This document shows, in pieces, positions 37,291-46,528 of a DNA stretch of 64,000 bases. Source of the DNA: an uncultured Phycisphaeraceae bacterium (GTDB taxonomy: Bacteria > Planctomycetota > Phycisphaerae > Phycisphaerales > UBA1924); the NCBI GenBank assembly GCA_964410465.1, contig CAYPGJ010000005.1:17275-81274 (forward strand), written 5' to 3'. Each line of letters opens with the position of its first letter. Within the stretch, counting starts at the first letter, position 1. The position numbers and the translations under genes are program-made. Below the pieces are notes generated by a model. That model searched no databases. It saw nothing but the letters and a program-made list of their open reading frames with translations, and was not told the origin of the DNA.

Positions 37291-37832
37291 CTCGTGGCCC
37301 CCAGCTGCGCCGTAGGCCACGGCACACTCAAACCTCAACTGCGCGCTGGACAAGCGGTGTGCGCGATGTAGAGTGTGCGCGGATGATGCTGAAGTCTGCC
37401 ATTGCCTGAACGGCCTTGCTCCGCCGGTCCTGAAGAAGGATGGAGTGAGCGCGACGCGACTGTCGTCGGTCTTCTCAAAGAGGGGGCTGCGCGGCGGGAG
37501 GTGTGTCGTGCGCGGGAGCAGGGCCGAGGGCCCCCACTGCAACTGAATCGACGCGGGTTTTGAGCGGTTTTTCGTGCGCGCTCTCACCCCCCCACCACCA
37601 CCGCCGCCGGGACAGGCGTGATGGGCTTCCTGCCGAACGGCGCGGGGCCCTGAATGCACGTCGTTCGCGTTGCTCTTCGGGCGTGCGCGATGTGCGGCGC
37701 TGGTGTGCGGCGGGTTGAGGTGAGCGCGGGGAGTAGAGGCCGCGCGGACGGCAAGGCGATCGCGGGCGCTCTTTGAGCGGGCGATCTGTCGGCGCGGTCG
37801 GTCTGTCAACTTTGACTGGGAACGAAGATCAC

Positions 37833-38225
37833 ATGGGACATTCGGAACGGTCGCGCGGGAAGCGCGGGTTTGCGGAGGGGGATTGCAGGGCGGGGGAGAC
37901 GTTCGTGTGCATGAAGTGCCGGCACACGGTGGCGATGGCGTCGTGGGGGACGAAGCATCGGAATCATTGCCCGGCGTGCTTGTGGTCGCGGCATCTGGAT
38001 GAGGAGGCGGGGGACAGGAGGTGCGCGTGCCGAGCGTTGATGGCGCCGGTGGCGATTGAGGTGAGGCGGGATGGGGAGTGGGCCGTGGTGCATCGGTGCA
38101 CGGGGTGTCAGGCGCTGAAGGCGAATCGGATCGCGGGGGATGATCATGAGATGGCGCTGTTGGCGCTGGCGCTGCGGCCGATTGCGAATCCGGCGTTTCC
38201 GCTGGGGCCGAGGGGGGTGGATTGA
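37833..38225 (+). CDS. RNHCP domain protein
   Basis: Contains CMKCRH...KHRNHCPACLWSRHLD...CTGC, the zinc-ribbon-like RNHCP signature. ATG at 37833. Confidence 0.75.
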   Translation: MGHSERSRGKRGFAEGDCRAGETFVCMKCRHTVAMASWGTKHRNHCPACLWSRHLDEEAGDRRCACRALMAPVAIEVRRDGEWAVVHRCTGCQALKANRIAGDDHEMALLALALRPIANPAFPLGPRGVD

Positions 38226-38320
38226 GGAGGGAACCGGGAGAGGGAGGGGGGCATCGAAGGGAGGTAATGCAAAGGCATAGAGAAAGAGATGAGCAACAAG
38301 GCATGGAGCCCTCACCCTGC

Positions 38321-38350
38321 CCTCTCCCGTTGCAAAGCCAACGGGAGAGG
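38321..38350. repeat. Solitary copy of the CCTCTCCCGTTG/CAACGGGAGAGG palindromic element
   Basis: Sequence cctctcccgttg-caaagc-caacgggagagg, upstream of msrA. The arms are the same as the hairpins in the 36712-37290 array. Confidence 0.7.
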
Positions 38351-38391
38351 CGGCCGAGGCGCCATACGCTTATGCGAGCACGTGAAGGAGA

Positions 38392-39039
38392 TTGCGCATG
38401 CGGGTGATGATGGTGTTGGCGGGGTTGGTTGTGGCGGGTTGTGTGGCGATGTTGGCGCGTGGGGAGGATGTGGTGAAGGAGGAGCCGGCGGTGAAGGAGT
38501 GCGTGTTGGCGGGCGGGTGCTATTGGTGTGTGGAGGCGGTGTTTGAGGAGCTCAAGGGGGTGAAGGAGGCCGTGTCGGGGTTTGCGGGGAGCGGTGAGGG
38601 GAAGGCGCGCGACGCGGAGGAGGCGCACGCGAAGGGGTATGCGGAGGCGGTGCGGATTACGTATGACCCGTCGGTGATCGATTACGTGGCGTTGCTGGAG
38701 GTTTTCTTTGCGACGCACGACCCGACGAGTTTGAATCGGCAGGGTGCGGACGTGGGTGTGGAGTATCGGAGCGCGGTGTTTTGGAAGGACGCGGCGGAGA
38801 AGGAGGCCGCGGAGGGGATGATCCGTGCGTTGGAGGAGGGCGGGGCGTACGGTGGGAAGCGCGTGGTGACGACGATTGAGGAGTTGAAGGACTTTGTGGA
38901 GGCGCGTGCGGGGCACCAGAACTACGTGTGCAACAACCGGGGTCAGCCGTACGTGGAGCAGGTGGCGATGGAGAAGGTGAAGAAGGTGCGGGAGAAGTTC
39001 GAGGAGCGGTTGAAGGCGGAGTCGCCGCTGAAGCGGTGA
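38392..39039 (+). CDS. msrA: Peptide-methionine (S)-S-oxide reductase MsrA (with signal peptide)
   Basis: Has the GGCYWCVEAVF active-site motif and an N-terminal hydrophobic signal. Confidence 0.9.
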   Translation: MRMRVMMVLAGLVVAGCVAMLARGEDVVKEEPAVKECVLAGGCYWCVEAVFEELKGVKEAVSGFAGSGEGKARDAEEAHAKGYAEAVRITYDPSVIDYVALLEVFFATHDPTSLNRQGADVGVEYRSAVFWKDAAEKEAAEGMIRALEEGGAYGGKRVVTTIEELKDFVEARAGHQNYVCNNRGQPYVEQVAMEKVKKVREKFEERLKAESPLKR

Positions 39040-39041
39040 GA

Positions 39042-39644
39042 TCAGCGGAGGAAGTAGGCGAGGAAGGCGGTTTCTTCGGCTTCGGTGACGACGGGGGTCC
39101 AGGTGGTGGAGGACTCGTTGTAGGAGTCGGAGCGGACGCGCCCTTGTCGGTCTCGACGGGGGTAGTAGGAGCCGGTGGTCCAGGTGGTGACGGGGACGTA
39201 GTCGAGTCGGTCGGTCGTCCCGAGGGAGTAGGAGGACCAGACGACGAGGGTGGCGTTGTGTTTGGCGGCGAGGGATTGGAGTTGTGCGGTGTCGGGGGAG
39301 GTGAAGTCGGTGGTGCGGAACTCGGAGACGGCGAGGACGCGGGTGACGCCTGATTGGGGGGTGACCTGGAGCGCGGTGAGTAGTTGCTTGTCGGCGGCGA
39401 GTTTGCGATCTGGCGGCCACTCGTTCACGGGGGCGTCGGAGGCGGCGACCAGGCGTCGGAGATCGTCGAGCACGGGGGAGAGTCGCTCCCAGGGGACGTT
39501 GCGTACGAGGACGTCTCGCGCGGAAATGCGCGGGGCGTGGGGCGCGGGTTCGAGGAGGACGAATCGTCGCTCCCAGTGGGAGGGCGCGCAGGCGGCGAGG
39601 AACGTTGCGAGGGTGGAGAGCGCGATGATGGTGCGCGCGATCAT
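39042..39644 (-). CDS. Lipoprotein of unknown function
   Basis: Only the last 200 aa of listed ORF 39042..40727 are credible. MIARTIIALSTLATFLAAC is a signal with lipobox. ATG confirmed at 39644-39642. Confidence 0.6.
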   Translation of the reverse strand: MIARTIIALSTLATFLAACAPSHWERRFVLLEPAPHAPRISARDVLVRNVPWERLSPVLDDLRRLVAASDAPVNEWPPDRKLAADKQLLTALQVTPQSGVTRVLAVSEFRTTDFTSPDTAQLQSLAAKHNATLVVWSSYSLGTTDRLDYVPVTTWTTGSYYPRRDRQGRVRSDSYNESSTTWTPVVTEAEETAFLAYFLR

Positions 39645-39734
39645 GGGAGGGATGGTAGTGTCGGCGCGGAGGATGGGCGTCGGCGCGGTATGCTGGGCGC
39701 GTTGGCGGCGAGCGGTGTGTATGGAGGTGAACGG

Positions 39735-40649
39735 ATGAAACTCGCACGCAGGCTGGGGTTGTTCGCGGGGCTCGGGCTCTTCGGCGTGGTGATCGTGCTG
39801 ATCGTGGTGGTGGTGTCGATCAACGGGATCGCGCGCACGGCGATCGAGAAGGGCGGGACGTACGCGCTGGGCGTGCCGACGCACCTCGACGGGGCGAATG
39901 TGGGGATCGTGTCGGGGACGTTCGGGATGAGCGGGCTGCGGGTGGAGAATCCGGAGGGGTACTCGTCGGAGAGCTTTCTGACGCTGGGGAACGGCGGGGT
40001 TGCGGTGTCGCTGGGGACGTTGCGTCGGGACGTGGTGGAGCTGCCGTCGTTGCGGCTGGAGCGCATCACGGCGTCGCTGGAGCGCAAGGGGGGGACGTCG
40101 AATTACCAGACGATTCTGGATCACGTGAAGGGCGTGACGGGCGGCGGGGGTGAGACGAAGCCGACGACGAAGCCGAGCGAGGGGGGGAAGAAGTTTGTCG
40201 TTCGCGAGCTGGTGATCGAGGACGTGCGGGTGCGTCTGGACGTGTTCGGCGCGCCGGACGGCGGCCTCAAGAAGTTGACGACGGTGGACATTCCGATCGA
40301 CGAGATTCGGTTGAAGAATGTCGGCCAGACGGGGACGGGCGTCGGGGGGACGGGCGTGACGATGGGTGAGCTGGCGTCGATCGTGGTGCGTGCGGTGCTT
40401 GGGGCGGCGGTGGAGAAGGGGGGCGGGTTGATCCCGGGCGACATTCTGGGTGAGCTTCGGGGGTCGCTTGCGTCGCTGGGCGACTTGAGCGGGTTGGGGA
40501 TCGAGGTGGTGGCGAATGCGAAGGGTGTGGTGGAGGACGTGGCGGGCGGCGTGGTGAAGGAGGGGGAAAAGGTCGTGGAGGAGGGGAAGAAGAAGATCGA
40601 GGAGCTTGGCGAGGGTTTGAAGGGGCTGGTTCCCAAGAAGCCCAGCTAA
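39735..40649 (+). CDS. Membrane-anchored protein (AsmA-N-like)
   Basis: Begins MKLARRLGLFAGLGLFGVVIVLIVVVV, a TM anchor, followed by a beta-rich region. ATG at 39735. The upstream part of the listed ORF overlaps the lipoprotein gene. Confidence 0.6.
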   Translation: MKLARRLGLFAGLGLFGVVIVLIVVVVSINGIARTAIEKGGTYALGVPTHLDGANVGIVSGTFGMSGLRVENPEGYSSESFLTLGNGGVAVSLGTLRRDVVELPSLRLERITASLERKGGTSNYQTILDHVKGVTGGGGETKPTTKPSEGGKKFVVRELVIEDVRVRLDVFGAPDGGLKKLTTVDIPIDEIRLKNVGQTGTGVGGTGVTMGELASIVVRAVLGAAVEKGGGLIPGDILGELRGSLASLGDLSGLGIEVVANAKGVVEDVAGGVVKEGEKVVEEGKKKIEELGEGLKGLVPKKPS

Positions 40650-40698
40650 GCGTTTTTTGTCGGGATGTGATGTGATTCGGTTTGCACGTTGAGCGAGT

Positions 40699-41142
40699 TT
40701 GTTCCGGAGCGCTTCCGAGGCCCCCATGGTTTCTTCCGGTTCTGACGCCCATCATGGCTCCGACGCTGTCACGCAGGGGATCCGCGTGCGCGTGCGGCCG
40801 CGCTTTGCGCCGGATCACTCCGATCCGAGCGCGCGTCGGTGGGTGTTCACGTATCACGTGCGGATCACGAATGAGAGCGAGAGTGCGGCGACGCTGCTGG
40901 CGCGACACTGGCGGATCGTGGACGCGGAGGGGCGCACGCGCGAGGTATCGGGTGAGGGTGTGATCGGGCAGCAGCCGAGGCTGGAGCCGGGGCAATCGCA
41001 CTCGTACTCGTCGTTCTGCCCGCTGGAGACGGCGTGGGGGTCGATGGAAGGCTCGTACTTGATGCAGCGAGACGACGGGGTTCGGTTCCGCGCGGCTGTT
41101 GCGCGTTTTTTGCTGGTTTCGCCGCCGGAATCGCGATCGTAA
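40699..41142 (+). CDS. apaG: ApaG (DUF525) protein
   Basis: Contains YHVRITNESE....LLARHWRIVDAEGRTREVSGEGVIGQQPRLEPG, which closely parallels E. coli ApaG. The start may be the Met at 40726. Confidence 0.85.
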   Translation: MFRSASEAPMVSSGSDAHHGSDAVTQGIRVRVRPRFAPDHSDPSARRWVFTYHVRITNESESAATLLARHWRIVDAEGRTREVSGEGVIGQQPRLEPGQSHSYSSFCPLETAWGSMEGSYLMQRDDGVRFRAAVARFLLVSPPESRS

Positions 41143-41226
41143 ATGAGTTAGGGATTGCCCTTGCAATCCCCCCGGGACGAGGGTAGGTTGCGGTTGTCGT
41201 TTTCGTTTTCGTCGATTGGTTTGCGT

Positions 41227-42837
41227 ATGCGCCGAGTGGGGATCAGCCAGTTTGGGGTCGTTGTCGCGCTTGGCGCGGGGGTGATCGTTGCCCTCTCGTT
41301 CGTGGTTGTTTTGTTGTTGCTTGGACGCGGGACGGGCGCGGCGTCCTCCGGACCGAGTTCCGGCCCGCTGGCGGTGGCGGCGACGCCGGCGGCTCAGCCG
41401 GCGTTTCCGAGCGCATCTGCGGGCACGACGGGGTCGGACGCTCCGTCCGCCGCGGTGTATTCGTGCGCGCAGTGCCACGCGATGCCTCCGCCGGACGCGC
41501 TTGCGCGCGAGGACTGGCCTCGGGCGCTGGATCGGATGAATGCGATCATTGCGGAGTACGAGCTTGGCGAGGCGTTGCCGGAGCGCGCCCTCGACGAGGT
41601 GAAGCGCTATTACGCGTCGCAGGCTCCGGAGCGTCTTGCGACGATCCCGGCGCCGGCCGGGCCTTCGAGCGTGCGTTTCGTTGCGGGCGCGATCGGTCGT
41701 GCGCCGACGCCTCCGCCGGAGGGTCGCGCGCCGATCCTGGGCGTGTTGTCCGTCGCGAGCATCGCGACGCCGACATCGCGCGACATCCTTGTCCCGGACA
41801 TCGGTGAGAACCGGGTGTCGCTGCTGACGCGGACGGGGAACAGGTACACGGAGATCACGCTCGCGGACATCGCGGCGCCTTGCGTGGCGACGAGCGCGGA
41901 CATGGACAACGACGGCGACAACGACGTGATCGTGGCGTCGCTTGGTCAGATGATTCCCACGGAGAGCCTGGCGGGGAGCATTCATCTGTTGGAGAACGAG
42001 GGACGCGCGGAGTTTTCATCGCGTGTATTGCTGGATCGGCTCGCGCGCGTCGCGGACGTGCAGCCGGCGGACCTGGACGGGGACGGGGACCTTGACGTTC
42101 TGTTCGCGGCGTTCGGGCTGTACAAGAGCGGGGAGATCGGGTGGCTGGAGCAGACGTCGTCGGGGGTGTACGAGTATCGGTCGGTGCTCGGGACGAACGG
42201 CGCGACGCACGTTCGTCCGGCTGACTTTGACGGGGACGGGCTGATGGATTTCGTCGCGCTGCTCTCTCAGCAGCACGAGGCCGTGATGCTGTTCCAGAAT
42301 CTCGGCGGGGGCCGGTTCGCGGCGAGCGATCTGTATCGCGGTCCGCACCCGTTGTGGGGCATGTCTTCGATCACGCTTTCGGATCTGGACGGGGACGGGG
42401 ATCCGGACGTGGTGGTGACGAACGGCGATGCGCTCGATCAGGTCCCGACCCCGAAGCCGTATCACGGGGTGTCGTGGCTTGAGAACCTCGGCGGACTTGA
42501 GTTTGCGCACCATCGCCTCGGCGCGGTTCCGGGGGCGTACTGCGCGGCGGTTGCGGACTACGACCTCGACGGGGACATGGACATCGTCGTGTCGTCGATG
42601 ATGAACGACTGGTCGGATCTCGCGAACCAGTCGCTCACGCTGCTGATCAACGATGGATCGCAGGGGTTCACGGCGCAGCCGCTGAGCCACTCGCCGGCGT
42701 GGCAGGTGTCGTGTCTTGCGATCGACCTGAACGGGGACGCTCGTCCGGACGTGGTGTCGGCCGGGATGTACGTGATGCCGCCGTTTGCGCGCGTGGGCAG
42801 GCTGAGCGCGTTTTTGAATTCGCCGCCTGAGCCTTGA
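41227..42837 (+). CDS. Cytochrome c motif (CxxCH) plus FG-GAP/VCBS repeat protein
   Basis: Has an N-terminal TM anchor, a CAQCH heme-binding motif, then at least five D-x-D-G-D-G-x-x-D repeats (DLDGDGDLDV, DFDGDGLMDF, DLDGDGDPDV, DYDLDGDMDI, DLNGDARPDV). Confidence 0.7.
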   Translation: MRRVGISQFGVVVALGAGVIVALSFVVVLLLLGRGTGAASSGPSSGPLAVAATPAAQPAFPSASAGTTGSDAPSAAVYSCAQCHAMPPPDALAREDWPRALDRMNAIIAEYELGEALPERALDEVKRYYASQAPERLATIPAPAGPSSVRFVAGAIGRAPTPPPEGRAPILGVLSVASIATPTSRDILVPDIGENRVSLLTRTGNRYTEITLADIAAPCVATSADMDNDGDNDVIVASLGQMIPTESLAGSIHLLENEGRAEFSSRVLLDRLARVADVQPADLDGDGDLDVLFAAFGLYKSGEIGWLEQTSSGVYEYRSVLGTNGATHVRPADFDGDGLMDFVALLSQQHEAVMLFQNLGGGRFAASDLYRGPHPLWGMSSITLSDLDGDGDPDVVVTNGDALDQVPTPKPYHGVSWLENLGGLEFAHHRLGAVPGAYCAAVADYDLDGDMDIVVSSMMNDWSDLANQSLTLLINDGSQGFTAQPLSHSPAWQVSCLAIDLNGDARPDVVSAGMYVMPPFARVGRLSAFLNSPPEP

Positions 42838-42861
42838 GGCGCGGTGTTGATGGGCGTTTGG

Positions 42862-43146
42862 TCAGGGGGTCCGAGCGTCGACTCGGATGAGGTGGTAGCC
42901 GAATCGGGTCTTGACGGGTTCGGAGACTTTGCCGACGGCGATGTCTCCGAAGACGACGCTGTCGAACTCGGCGACCATGTCTCCGGGGCCGAATTCGCCG
43001 AGCGTTCCGCCGCTCTTGCCGGAGGGGCACGTGGAGTGTTTTTTGGCCATTGCGGCGAAGTCCTGCCCGCTCTCGATCTGCGCTTTGATCTCGTTGGCCT
43101 TGGCTTCGGTGGGGACGAGGATGTGACTTGCGACGGCTCGTGCCAT
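42862..43146 (-). CDS. ppiC: Parvulin-type peptidyl-prolyl cis-trans isomerase
   Basis: 94 aa with ASHILV....A......G.DF...AK..S.CPS...GG.LG.F..G.MV..F, the PpiC signature. Confidence 0.9.
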   Translation of the reverse strand: MARAVASHILVPTEAKANEIKAQIESGQDFAAMAKKHSTCPSGKSGGTLGEFGPGDMVAEFDSVVFGDIAVGKVSEPVKTRFGYHLIRVDARTP

Positions 43147-43464
43147 TGGAGTGATTCCTTGCTTTCGTGTTGCGTGTTTGGCGCGTGTGTTCGGAAGTGG
43201 TTGTCAGCATAGGGAGTTGCGCGGCGCGTGCCGAATCGTTGACTCGGCAGTGTCGATGTGTTAGCATGTGGATTAGAGAGCAGCGGAACGTTATTTCGTC
43301 CGCATGGCGCGTGCGAGCACTGCACGCGTCGGTTGGGAGGAATAGTCCGAATCTCATTTACCCTTCGTGGGATGGTTCGTCTCAGCCATGACGCTGCCTC
43401 CGCGGTCCTTGACGGGTCGCCCGGACGAGACGAGATCGGCCCGCGTTCGCAGCAGGAACAACTC

Positions 43465-45090
43465 ATGAAAAGCCTCCGTTCACTCCCGTTGTCCACGGGG
43501 ATCGCCCTCGCATCGACGCTTTTGGCGCTTGGTTGCGCGACGAGCGCGCCACCGGAGACGCGTTCGTACGGCGCCCGGTATCCGGGCGGCGCGGTGGAGC
43601 CTGTTCGCACGACGGCACCGGCACAGAAGGCGACGCCCGCGGTTGCGCGGAGCGAGCCGAAGGGGTCGGCGGCGACGCTGTCGGGCGATGGTTGGGTGCG
43701 TGAATCGATGGCGTTTCCGACGGGGAACGTTGGGACGTCGGTGCTTCTGGTGGAGCGGGTGTTCCCGGCGGAGATCTACGCGGGGCGTCCGTTCGACTAC
43801 GACATCACGGTGTCGAATCTGACGGACATGAACCTTCGCGAGGTGGTGCTGTCGGACTACTGCGCGTCGAACTTCAAGATGACCTCGTCGTCGCCGGAGG
43901 CCTCGGCGGCGACGCCTCCGAACTTCACGTGGCGTCTTGGCGATCTTGAGCCGAAGGCGTCGAAGACGGTGAAGATCAAGGGTGAGGCGACGGGGGCTGG
44001 TGCGATCACGTCGTGCGCGACGGTGTCGTACAACTCGCTCTTGTGCGCGACGGCGAGCGTGGTGGAGCCGGCGTTGCGGGTGGCGTTGTCGGCGCCGAGC
44101 GAGGTGACGGCGTGCGACCCGATCCCGGTGAAGCTGACGGTGACGAACACGGGCACGGGGACGGTTCGGAACGCGCGGGTGGTCGGTACGCTGCCGGAGG
44201 GGCTTCGGGCGCAGGGCCAGCGGGCGTTCTCGTTCGACGCGGGCGCGCTGGGCGCGGGACAGACGCGCGAGTTCCTGCTGAGCGCGCAGGCGTTGGAGAC
44301 GGGCTCGTACACGATGAACGCGACGGCGAGCGCTGAGCCGTCGCTGAAGGCCGAGGCCGCCGCGGCGACGACGGTGGTGACGAAGCCGGCGCTGTCGCTC
44401 ACGATGGAGGGTCAGTCGAAGCGGTACTTCGGGGCGCCGGTGTGCTTCGATCTGACGCTGAAGAACACGGGCGACGCGTCGGCGAAGGGGACGACGGTGG
44501 AGGTTCCGATCCCGGCCGGGTCGCAGTTCGTGAGCGCTTCGAATGGCGGGCGCGCTTCGGCGACGTCGGTGGTGTGGACGTTCGGGTCGCTGGACCCGAA
44601 GGCGAACAAGACGTTCAGCGTGTGCTTCAATCCGTCCGGCATCGGGAGCGTCGCGGCGACGGCGTCGGCGAAGGCGACGTGCGCGGACGCGACGGCGGCG
44701 CGTGCGGCGACGGACGTCGAGGGCATCCCGGCGGTGCTGCTGGAGGTGATCGACGTGAACGACCCGGTGCTCGTGGGTGAGACGACGGAGTATCTCATCA
44801 CGGTGACGAACCAGGGATCGAAGACGGACACGAACATCAAGATCGTGTGTGCGCTTGGTGATGAATCGACGTACGTCCGGGCGTCGGGCGCGACGAGCGG
44901 GAGCCTGAACGGGAAGACGATCACGTTCGCGCCGCTGGCGTCGCTGGCGCCGAAGGCGAAGGCCGAGTGGCGCGTGGTGGTGAAGGCCGCGAAGTCGGGC
45001 GACGTCCGTTTCGGCGTGGAGATGGACACGGACTTCCTGACGAAGAACGTGACGGAGACGGAGGCGACGCGGTTCTACGAGTTCCGCTGA
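43465..45090 (+). CDS. DUF11 (conserved repeat) surface lipoprotein, OmcB-like
   Basis: Begins MKSLRSLPLSTGIALASTLLALGC with a lipobox. This is followed by repeated ~110-aa beta-sandwich modules (..Y.ITV.N.G...) typical of DUF11 repeats. Confidence 0.7.
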   Translation: MKSLRSLPLSTGIALASTLLALGCATSAPPETRSYGARYPGGAVEPVRTTAPAQKATPAVARSEPKGSAATLSGDGWVRESMAFPTGNVGTSVLLVERVFPAEIYAGRPFDYDITVSNLTDMNLREVVLSDYCASNFKMTSSSPEASAATPPNFTWRLGDLEPKASKTVKIKGEATGAGAITSCATVSYNSLLCATASVVEPALRVALSAPSEVTACDPIPVKLTVTNTGTGTVRNARVVGTLPEGLRAQGQRAFSFDAGALGAGQTREFLLSAQALETGSYTMNATASAEPSLKAEAAAATTVVTKPALSLTMEGQSKRYFGAPVCFDLTLKNTGDASAKGTTVEVPIPAGSQFVSASNGGRASATSVVWTFGSLDPKANKTFSVCFNPSGIGSVAATASAKATCADATAARAATDVEGIPAVLLEVIDVNDPVLVGETTEYLITVTNQGSKTDTNIKIVCALGDESTYVRASGATSGSLNGKTITFAPLASLAPKAKAEWRVVVKAAKSGDVRFGVEMDTDFLTKNVTETEATRFYEFR

Positions 45091-45136
45091 GTCTTGGGGA
45101 GATGACGCGTTCGGAGTTCGACAGGTTGAGTTGAAC

Positions 45137-45176
45137 GGCGCCCGTTCTCGGTTCGCGGGGACGGGCGCCATTTTTC
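45137..45176 (+). terminator. Rho-independent terminator after DUF11 gene
   Basis: GGCGCCCGT-(15 nt loop)-ACGGGCGCC followed by atttttct. Confidence 0.6.
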
Positions 45177-45235
45177 TATCATGTCGCGGGCACGTCGGCG
45201 AGTTTCGCGGGACGGCACGCTTGAAGGAGAAGCCA

Positions 45236-45592
45236 GTGGGAATCGTTCAGGAGTTCAAGGAGTTCGCGGTCAAGGGGAATGCGCTCGACATGGCGGTGGG
45301 GATCATTCTGGGGGCGTCGTTCAACAAGGTGGTGACGTCGGTGGTGAACGACCTGCTGATGCCGCCGATCGGGCTGATGCTGGGGGGGGTGGATTTCAAG
45401 AATCTGGCGTGGGTGCTGAAGGACGGGAGCGTGGGCCCGGACGGGAAGGAGGTCGGGGAGGTGGCGGTGCGGTACGGGCAGTTCATCAACACGACGATCG
45501 ATTTTTTGATCGTGGCGTTCACGGTGTTCATGATCGTGAAGGTGATGAACCGGGTCATCCAGAAGCGTGAGGCGGAGACGAAGGCGGCGTGA
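45236..45592 (+). CDS. mscL: Large-conductance mechanosensitive channel MscL
   Basis: GTG start at 45236, preceded by GAAGGAG. Contains EFKEFAVKGNALDMAVGIILGASF and NDLLMPPIG. Confidence 0.9.
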   Translation: MGIVQEFKEFAVKGNALDMAVGIILGASFNKVVTSVVNDLLMPPIGLMLGGVDFKNLAWVLKDGSVGPDGKEVGEVAVRYGQFINTTIDFLIVAFTVFMIVKVMNRVIQKREAETKAA

Positions 45593-45621
45593 GGCGTGTG
45601 AGCGTCTGGAGTGATTGCACG

Positions 45622-45650
45622 GGGCCCCGGCACGGCGGGGCCCTTTTTCT
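45622..45650 (+). terminator. Rho-independent terminator after mscL
   Basis: GGGCCCCG-gcacgg-CGGGGCCC followed by tttttctttg. Confidence 0.7.
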
Positions 45651-45691
45651 TTGTCGCGTGGAGGCCGCGGTTCGGGCATAATGTCCGCCCC

Positions 45692-46528
45692 ATGAACGAC
45701 GCCACGATTCAGGACGCGAAGGAGCTGCTCGAGAAGGCCACGCCGGTGCTGACGGAGTACGGGCTGCGCGCGGTGGCGGCGATCGTGTTCCTCGTCGTCG
45801 CGTTGTACGCGGCGCGGTTTGCGCGGAAGGCGTCGTTGCGCGGGCTGGAGCGGGCGCGGATCGAGCCGACGCTTGCGCGGTTTCTCGCGGCGATTGTTCG
45901 TTGGGGCGTGATCATCCTGGCGCTGGTGGCGTGTCTTGGGATGTTCGGGGTGGAGACGACGTCGTTCGCGGCGGTGCTGGCGTCGGCGGGGTTGGCGATC
46001 GGGCTGGCGTTGCAGGGTTCGCTGTCGAACATCGCGGCGGGCGCGATGCTGGCGATCTTTCGTCCGTTCCGGGTGGGGGACACGGTGCAGGTTGCCGGTC
46101 AGACGGGGAAGGTGTACGAGATCGAGCTGTTCAACACTCGTCTGGACACGTTCGACAACCGGCGGATCATCATCCCGAACTCGCAGGTGTTCAACGGGGT
46201 GATCGAGAATCTGACGTTCAACCCGGTGCGTCGCGTCGATATCGACGTGGGCGTGGAGTATCACACGGACCTGGCGCGGGCGCGCGAGGTGCTGATCGCG
46301 GCGGCGCGGACGCTGCCGAACCCGGTGCCGGATCGCGAGCCGGACGCGGTGGTGACGGCGTTCGCGGACTCCGCGATCACGTTCCAGCTGCGGGTGTGGA
46401 CGCCGTCGGACAAGTGGCTGGAGACACGGCAGGCCGGGTTTCGTGCGATCAAGAAGGCGTTGGACGAGGCGGGGATCGGGATTCCGTTCCCGCAGCGCGT
46501 GGTGCACGTTCGTCAGCAGGAGTCCTGA
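45692..46528 (+). CDS. Small-conductance mechanosensitive channel (MscS family)
   Basis: Has three TM segments followed by VGDTVQVAGQTGKVYEIELFNTRL...IIIPNS, the beta-domain signature. ATG at 45692. Confidence 0.85.
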   Translation: MNDATIQDAKELLEKATPVLTEYGLRAVAAIVFLVVALYAARFARKASLRGLERARIEPTLARFLAAIVRWGVIILALVACLGMFGVETTSFAAVLASAGLAIGLALQGSLSNIAAGAMLAIFRPFRVGDTVQVAGQTGKVYEIELFNTRLDTFDNRRIIIPNSQVFNGVIENLTFNPVRRVDIDVGVEYHTDLARAREVLIAAARTLPNPVPDREPDAVVTAFADSAITFQLRVWTPSDKWLETRQAGFRAIKKALDEAGIGIPFPQRVVHVRQQES

